A DNA stretch of 64,000 bases, taken from assembly GCF_009914755.1 (NCBI RefSeq), contig NC_060930.1; one strand, 5' to 3'. The notes below the pieces were generated by a model, which was not told the DNA's origin, ran no database searches, and saw only the letters and a list, made by a program, of their open reading frames with translations. The position numbers were made by a program, and so were the translations under genes. The DNA is from the human T2T-CHM13v2.0 reference genome, Homo sapiens. Positions 57,891 to 64,000 of the stretch are shown piece after piece. The stretch's first letter is position 1. Every line of letters begins with the position of its first letter.

Positions 57891-58403
57891 ATTGAAAGTT
57901 CTTCAGAAAGAGAAAATAAGACATCAGACAGTAATTCAAACCTAGAAAAGAAATCAAAGTAATTTAAAATGAGTATGTAAATCAATAGAAAAGATTGTTT
58001 AATTTTTAAAATATCTTAATGCTAATTAAAAGAAAAATAATAACATATTGTGTCATCTATAACATATAGAAGCAAATATAGACAATAATAGCAAACAGGA
58101 TAGGAAGGAAGAAAGGGAAGTATTTCTTGTAAGGACCAAACATTTCAATAAGTATGAAATGTTATAATAATCTTTGAAGGTATAATGTAATATTGCTAGA
58201 GCAATTATTATAAAAATAGGGTGTACAATTACTAAGCCAATAGTAGGGTTAAAGCTGAGTCATAAAATACTCAATTATTCCAAAAAAACAAGGAAGGAAA
58301 AGAGGGGTGGAAGGAACAAAGAACAAATAAGAAAAATATAAAATAATAGAAAATATTAGATTTAAACCCAAAGTTGTCAATGATCACATTAAATGTCCAT
58401 GGT

Positions 58404-58729
58404 ATCCCTTAGTTTATTCAAAGACAGGATAATTTAAAACAACAGAAATGTATTGTTTGCAGTTCTGGAAGCTGAGAAGTCTAAGATCAAGAAATTTGGT
58501 GTCTGGGGAGATCTCACTCTCTGCTTCACATATGGCACCTTCTTGCAGTGTTTTTACATGGTAGAAGCTCTCTCATGCCTCTTTTATAAGGGCACTAATC
58601 CCATTCATTAGAGTGACTCTCTTATAACCTAATCACCTCTCAAAGGCCGCACCTCTTAATACCACTACACTGAGGTTTATGTTTCAACCTATGAATTTGG
58701 TGGTGGAAAAAAACATTCAGATAATAGTA
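58404..58729 (-). mobile_element. MLT1A-like LTR nested in the L1M
   Basis: aacaacagaaatgtattg...ttataagggcactaatcccattcat...aacattcagataatag; atggt on both flanks. Confidence 0.8.
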
Positions 58730-60612
58730 TGGTCTAATCACTCCAATTAAAAAGCAAAGGCAGTCAAGTTGGATTAAACAGCAAGACTCAAGTAAATGCT
58801 GTCTACAAAACACCTCCTTTATATACAAAGCCAATACAAAGGTAAGTAATAGGTTAAAAGTAAAAGGATAGAAAAAGATATGTCATGCAAATATTAATCA
58901 AAGGAAATGGAGTGACTGTATTTATATTAGATAAAATAGGTTTCAGTACAGAGAATTTAACCAGGTATAAAACTGGATATTTCATAATGATAAATAGATC
59001 CATGAGAAGCAAAATCAAGAATATATAAAAATCCTAAATATTTATGTTCCAAATAACAAGCTTCAAAATACATAAAGTAAAAACAGAATTGAAAGAAAAA
59101 ATAAACAAACCAACAATTACAGTTGGAGCTTTCAAAAGTCTTATTTTATTAATTGATAGCACAAGTGGACAATTAGTAATGAATTAGTAATGAATATAGA
59201 AGACAAATAATACTATCAACCAATTTAAAATCTATATATCAATTTGATCAAATATCAATCAAACTGATATTTTTAGAATGTTCTACCAGGAGGCACTGTT
59301 AGCAAAATACACACTTTTTTATACATGCACACAAGAAATACAGTCTTATGCTGGGCAATAAGTAAATCATATTACATTTAAAAGGATTGAAATTATGCAA
59401 AGTATGTTTTCTAAGCACAGCTGAATTAAACAGAAAAATATCTAGGAAAACCCCAAATATATAGAAATTAAAAATTAAATAGTTCACGGATCACATAAAA
59501 AATACAGTAGACATTAGAAAATATTCTAAATCTAATAAAAATATAAATCAACATATCAAAATATGTGGGAAGTTACAAAACAATTCTCAGAAAAAAACTT
59601 ATACCTTTAAATGCTTGTGTTAAAAAAGAAGATATAAGATCAACGATCTGAGGTCTGACTTTAAAAAGTTAGAAAAAGAAGAACAAAGAAAACCCAAAGT
59701 AGACAAAAGGAAGAAAATGATAAAACTAAGAGCAGACGTAAGTAAAATTTGTAGACAAACAATACAACAAAGTCAAAAGCTAGTTCTTTGAAATAATTAA
59801 GCAAATTGATAAGTCCATAGTTAGACTGATTTTTAAGAGTGATAATACATATTGTGAAAATCAAGAATGAAAGAGGGGTTATCACTACAGATCCTATAGA
59901 CACCAAAAGGACAGTGAGTACTATTAGCAACCTTATGCCAATAATTTCTGTAAATTAGATGACACAGATAAATTCCTTAAAAATACAACTTTTAAAATTG
60001 ACACAGATGAACAGAAAATCTACATAGCTCTATATCTATTAAAGTAATTGAATTAATATCCAACATTAATTCAACTGGCTAGATATTGGGTGAATTCTGT
60101 CAAACATTCTAGAAAAAAGTAATATAAATTTCATGTAAACATGTTAAATTCAGAAAATAGAGGAGAAAACATGACCAATTTACTTCATGAGTCAAGTCTA
60201 ATATTAATATCAAAACCTGACAAAGACATTACAAAAATTACAGGCCAGTAACACTGATAAACATAGACACAAATTTTCTTAAGAAAATACTCGCAAGTAT
60301 AAATTGAATATGTCAAAAGAAGTAGGTTTTATCAAGTAAGTTTTACGTGAAGAATGCAAAGTTGGTTTAACATTTTACAATTAATTACCATATTAGCAGA
60401 CGACATCTTTAAAAAGTCATTTCTAATATTACTAGAAAAAAATAAGCAATACAATTGTTTTAATAGGTGCCAAAAAAGCATTTGACAAAATTCAATGCCT
60501 GTTCATGATTTAAAAAACAACAAACTCTCAAAAATCGTGAAATGGATCTGAACTTTCTCAACCTACTAAAAAATATCTGGAAAAGATCTACAGCTAATAA
60601 CATCCTTAATGG

Positions 60613-61450
60613 TTATGGTTTAATTAAAAAATAATCAATTAAGTAAATAAATAAATAAATGAAATGCCCTAAGTTCCTCACAAAAAGCTTCTGAAACCTT
60701 TGGAAGGCAGCTATGCTCACCACTATACCACCAATGCCTGCATTTCTGAAACCTTTGGAATTTCTAAAAGAGTCATTGTCTTTGGTAAGATAATGAGATG
60801 CCTGGTAGCTGGGGTCCCCTAGGTAGCTTCAGAATGGGGACTGGTTGCTACAAAGACCAAGCCTTGATTAGAAGCTTAGAACTTTCAGGCCTGTCTCCCA
60901 ACCTATAGAAAGGGAAAAGGGGTTGGAGACTGTGCGAATCACCATTGGCTGATGATTTAATCAATCATACCTACATAATGAAGCCTCCATTAAAACCCTA
61001 AATGACAGTTGGGAGGGTTTCCAGGTTGGTGAACACATCAAGGTGCTGGGAGGGTGGCGCATCCAGAGGGAACATGGAAGCTCCTGCCCCTTCCTCCATA
61101 CCCTGCCCTGTGCAGCTCTTTCATTTGGCAGTTCCTGAGGTGTATTCTTTATAATAACTGGTAATTTCCACCAAATTATCAAACCTGCAGAAGGAGTCAT
61201 GGGAATCCTCAATTTCTACCTGGTCAATCAGAAGTTCAGGAAGCCCTCAACCTGTGACTGGCATCTGAAGTGGGGGGAAGCGGATCGAGCCTTTGAGCTG
61301 TGGGGTCTGCACTAACTCCAAGGGGTTAATGTCAGAATTGAATTGGATTGTTGAACTCACAGTTGGTGTCCAGAGAATCAGAGAATTGGTTGGTATGAAG
61401 CAAAAACCCCATACCTTGGTGTCAGAAATGTTATAAGTAAAAACAGCTGA
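60613..61450 (+). mobile_element. MER21 LTR nested in the L1M
   Basis: aaacctttggaatttc...aatgatttaatcaatcat-like...aatgaagcctccat...ccaggttggtgaacacatc...tggcatctgaagtgggg. Confidence 0.8.
60700..60737 (-). pseudogene. tRNA-Gly(TCC) 5'-half tailless retrocopy
   Basis: Minus strand GCATTGGTGGTATAGTGGTGAGCATAGCTGCCTTCCAA matches the first 38 nt of tRNA-Gly-TCC as recalled (one G>A). 17-bp TSD ttctgaaacctttggaa at 60689-60705 and 60744-60760. Confidence 0.88.
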
Positions 61451-61581
61451 AACGTAAATTATTATATGCTTCCCCTTAAGTCAAGGAAAAGGCAAGGATG
61501 CTTCTTCTTACCGTGTCTACCCAACATTCTCCGAGTGATTCTAGACAGTGCAATAGGGCAAGGTAAAGAAATACAAGCATA

Positions 61582-64000
61582 GAGGTTCCAAGATGGCCAA
61601 ATAGGAACAGCTCCAGTCTGCAGCTACCAGCGTAAGCGACGCAGAAGACGGGTGATTTCTGCATTTCCAACTGAGGTATTGGGTTCATTTCACTGGGGCT
61701 TGTCAGACAGTGGGTGTAGCCCATGGAGCAGGGCGGGGCATCGCCTCACCCAGGAAGCGCAAGGGGTTGGGGAATTCCCTTTCCTAGCAAAGGGAAGCCA
61801 TGACAGATGGTGCCTGGAAATTCAGGACACTCCCACCCTAATACTGTGCTTTTCCAATGGCCTTAGCAAAAGGCACACGAGGAGATTATATCCTGTGCCT
61901 GGCTGGTGGGGGCGGTCCCACACCCACGGAGCCTTGCTCACTGCTAGCACAGCAGTCTGAGATCAAACTGCAAGGCAGCAGGGAGGCTGGGGGAGGGGCA
62001 TCCGCTATTGCTGAGGCTTGAGTAGTCTCAGCGGCTGTGAATAAGTGCCCACCTCATGTGCAGAGACACACAAAGTGGCCGGGAAGCTCGAACTGCATGG
62101 AGCCCATTGCAGCTCAAGGAGGCCTCCCTGCCTCTGTAGACTCCACCTCTGGGGGCAGGGCATAGCTGAAAAAAAGGCAGCAGAAACTTCTGCAGACTTA
62201 AGCATCCCTGTCTGACAGCTTTGAAGAGAGTAGTGGTTTTCCCAGCACAGAGTTTGAGATCTGAGAATGGACAGACTGCCTCCTCAAGTGGGTCCCTGAC
62301 CCCTGAGTAGCCTAACTGGGAGACACCTCCCAGTAGGGGCCGACTGACACCTCATACAGCAGGGTGCCCCTCTGAGATGAAGCTTCCAGAGGAAGGATCA
62401 GGTAGCAACATCTGCCGTTCTGCAATATTTACCATTCTGCAGTCTCCACTGGTGATACCCAGGCAAACAGGGTCTAGAGTGGACCTCCAGCAAACTCCAA
62501 CAGACCTACAGCTGAGGGTCCTGACTGTTAGAAGGAAAACTAACAAACAGAAAGGACATCCACACCAAAACCCCATCTGTACATCACCATCATCAAAGAC
62601 GAAAAGTAAATAAAACCACAAAGATAGGGAGAAACCAGAGCAGAAAAGCTGAAAATTCTAAAAATCAGAGCACCTCTTCTCCTCCAAAGGAATGCAGCTC
62701 CTCACCAGCAATGGAACAAAGCTGGATGGAGAATGACTTTGATGAGTTGAGAGAAGAAGGCTTCAGACGATCAGTAATAACAAACTTCTCCAAGCTAAAG
62801 GAGGATGTTTGAACCCATTGCAAAGAAGCTAAAAACCTTCAAACAAGATTAGACGAATGGCTAACTAGAATAAACAGTGTAGAGAAGTCCTTAAATGACC
62901 TCACAGAGCTGAAAACCATAGCACGAGAACTGTGTGACAAATGCACAAGCTTCAGTAGCCAATTTGATCAGGGGGGAGAAAGGGTATCAGTGATTGCAGA
63001 TCAAATGAATGAAATGAAGCAAGAAGAGAAGTTTAGAGAAAAAGGAGTAAAAAGAAACGAACAAAGCCTCCAAGAAATATGGGCCTATGTGAAAAGACTA
63101 AATCTACATCTGATTGGTCTACCTGAAAGTGACGGGGAGAATGGAACCAAGTTGGAAAACACTCTGCAGGATATTATCCAGGAGAAATTCCCCAACCTAG
63201 CAAGGCAGGCCAACATTTAAATTCAGAAAATACAGAGAAGGCCACAAAGATACTCCTCGAAAAGAGCAACTCCAAGACACATAACTGTCAGATTCACCAA
63301 AATTGAAATGAAGGAAAAAATGTTAAGGGCAGCCAAAGAGAAAGGTCGGGTTACCCACAAAGGGAAGCCCATCAGACTAACAGCAGATCTCTCAGCAGAA
63401 ACTCTACAAGCCAGAAGACAGTGGGGGCCAATATTCAACATTCTGAAAGAAAAGACTTTCCAACCCAGAATTTCATATCCAGCCAAACTACGCTTCATAA
63501 GTGAAGGAGAAATAAAATTATTTACAGACAAACAAATGCTGAGAGATTTTGTCACCACCAGGTCTGCCTTACAAGAGCTCCTGAAGGAAGCACTAAACAT
63601 GGAAAGGAACAGCAGATATCAGCCACTGCAAAAACATGCCAAATTCTAAAGACCACCAATGCTAGGAAGAAACTGCATCAACTAATGAGCAAAATAACCA
63701 GCTAACATCATAATGACAGGATCAAATTCACACATAACAATATTAACCTTAAACGTAAATGGGCTAAATGCTCCAATTAAAAGACACAGACTGGCAAATT
63801 CGATAAAGAGTCAAGACCCATCAGTGTGCTGTATTCAGGAGAACCATCTCACGTGCAGAGACACACATAGGCTCAAAATAAAGGGATGGAGGAAGATCTA
63901 CCAAGCAAATGGAAAACACAAAAAAAAGCAAGGGTCGCAATCCTAGTCTCTGATAAAACAGACTTTAAACCAGCAAAGATCAAAAGAGACAATGAAGGCC
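61582..64000 (+). mobile_element. L1PA5/6-like LINE-1, 5' 2.4 kb (continues beyond the window), inactive
   Basis: 5'UTR with YY1 site caagatggcc; retains the ~129-bp segment (62367-62495) deleted in younger L1PA3-L1HS; ORF1 ATG>ATA at 62624 with internal stops, ending at 63649; ORF2 MTGSNSHITILTLNVNGLN at 63713, frameshifted by 63946. Confidence 0.93.

Larger units (their letters stand above)
55300..61581 (+). mobile_element. Old L1M (5' region, ORF1 and ORF2 remnants) hosting nested insertions
   Basis: ORF1-like (cagcagacttcttgtctgaaa, cagcctagaattctatat) and ORF2-like (acattaaatgt..., cactacagatcctatagac, aaaaagcatttgacaaaattca, aggcaaggatgc) remnants. Confidence 0.8.

Noticed and set aside
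60700-60737. Functional tRNA-Gly gene
   Set aside because: Lacks the 3' half (T-arm/B-box, acceptor 3' strand); it is a retrocopied fragment.

Overview
This is human (or very close great-ape) genomic DNA covering the 5' end of the distal-promoter isoform of RPS6KA2 (RSK3, 6q27), which lies on the minus strand. I identified the gene from recall of the peptide, not from a database search. A CpG-island promoter (~39.0-40.1 kb) precedes coding exon 1 (38946-38884, MPIAQLLELWKKIEVEPMEIE) and a 60-nt exon 2 (35097-35038, TTEEDLNLDVGPATEDTAEE). Everything left of exon 2 is a large intron; the kinase exons lie outside the window. The rest is mostly transposon-derived: a near full-length dead L1PB1-like element, the 5' 2.4 kb of an L1PA5/6-like element nested in an older L1M, about 11 Alus, and MLT1, MLT2A, MER4, MER21, MER41 and MER65-like LTRs, plus microsatellites. 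Repeat subfamily names come from remembered consensus sequences and need RepeatMasker confirmation. I found no evidence of a new gene system. The most notable signals are a tailless tRNA-Gly(TCC) 5'-half retrocopy with a perfect 17-bp TSD, several locally templated insertion or template-switch scars (49-bp direct, ~157-bp inverted, ~33-bp, 24-bp, fold-backs), a perfect 61-bp tandem duplication in intron 1, a 151-nt pure-purine tract, RFX-like X-boxes at the promoter, and a candidate intronic polyadenylation after exon 2.
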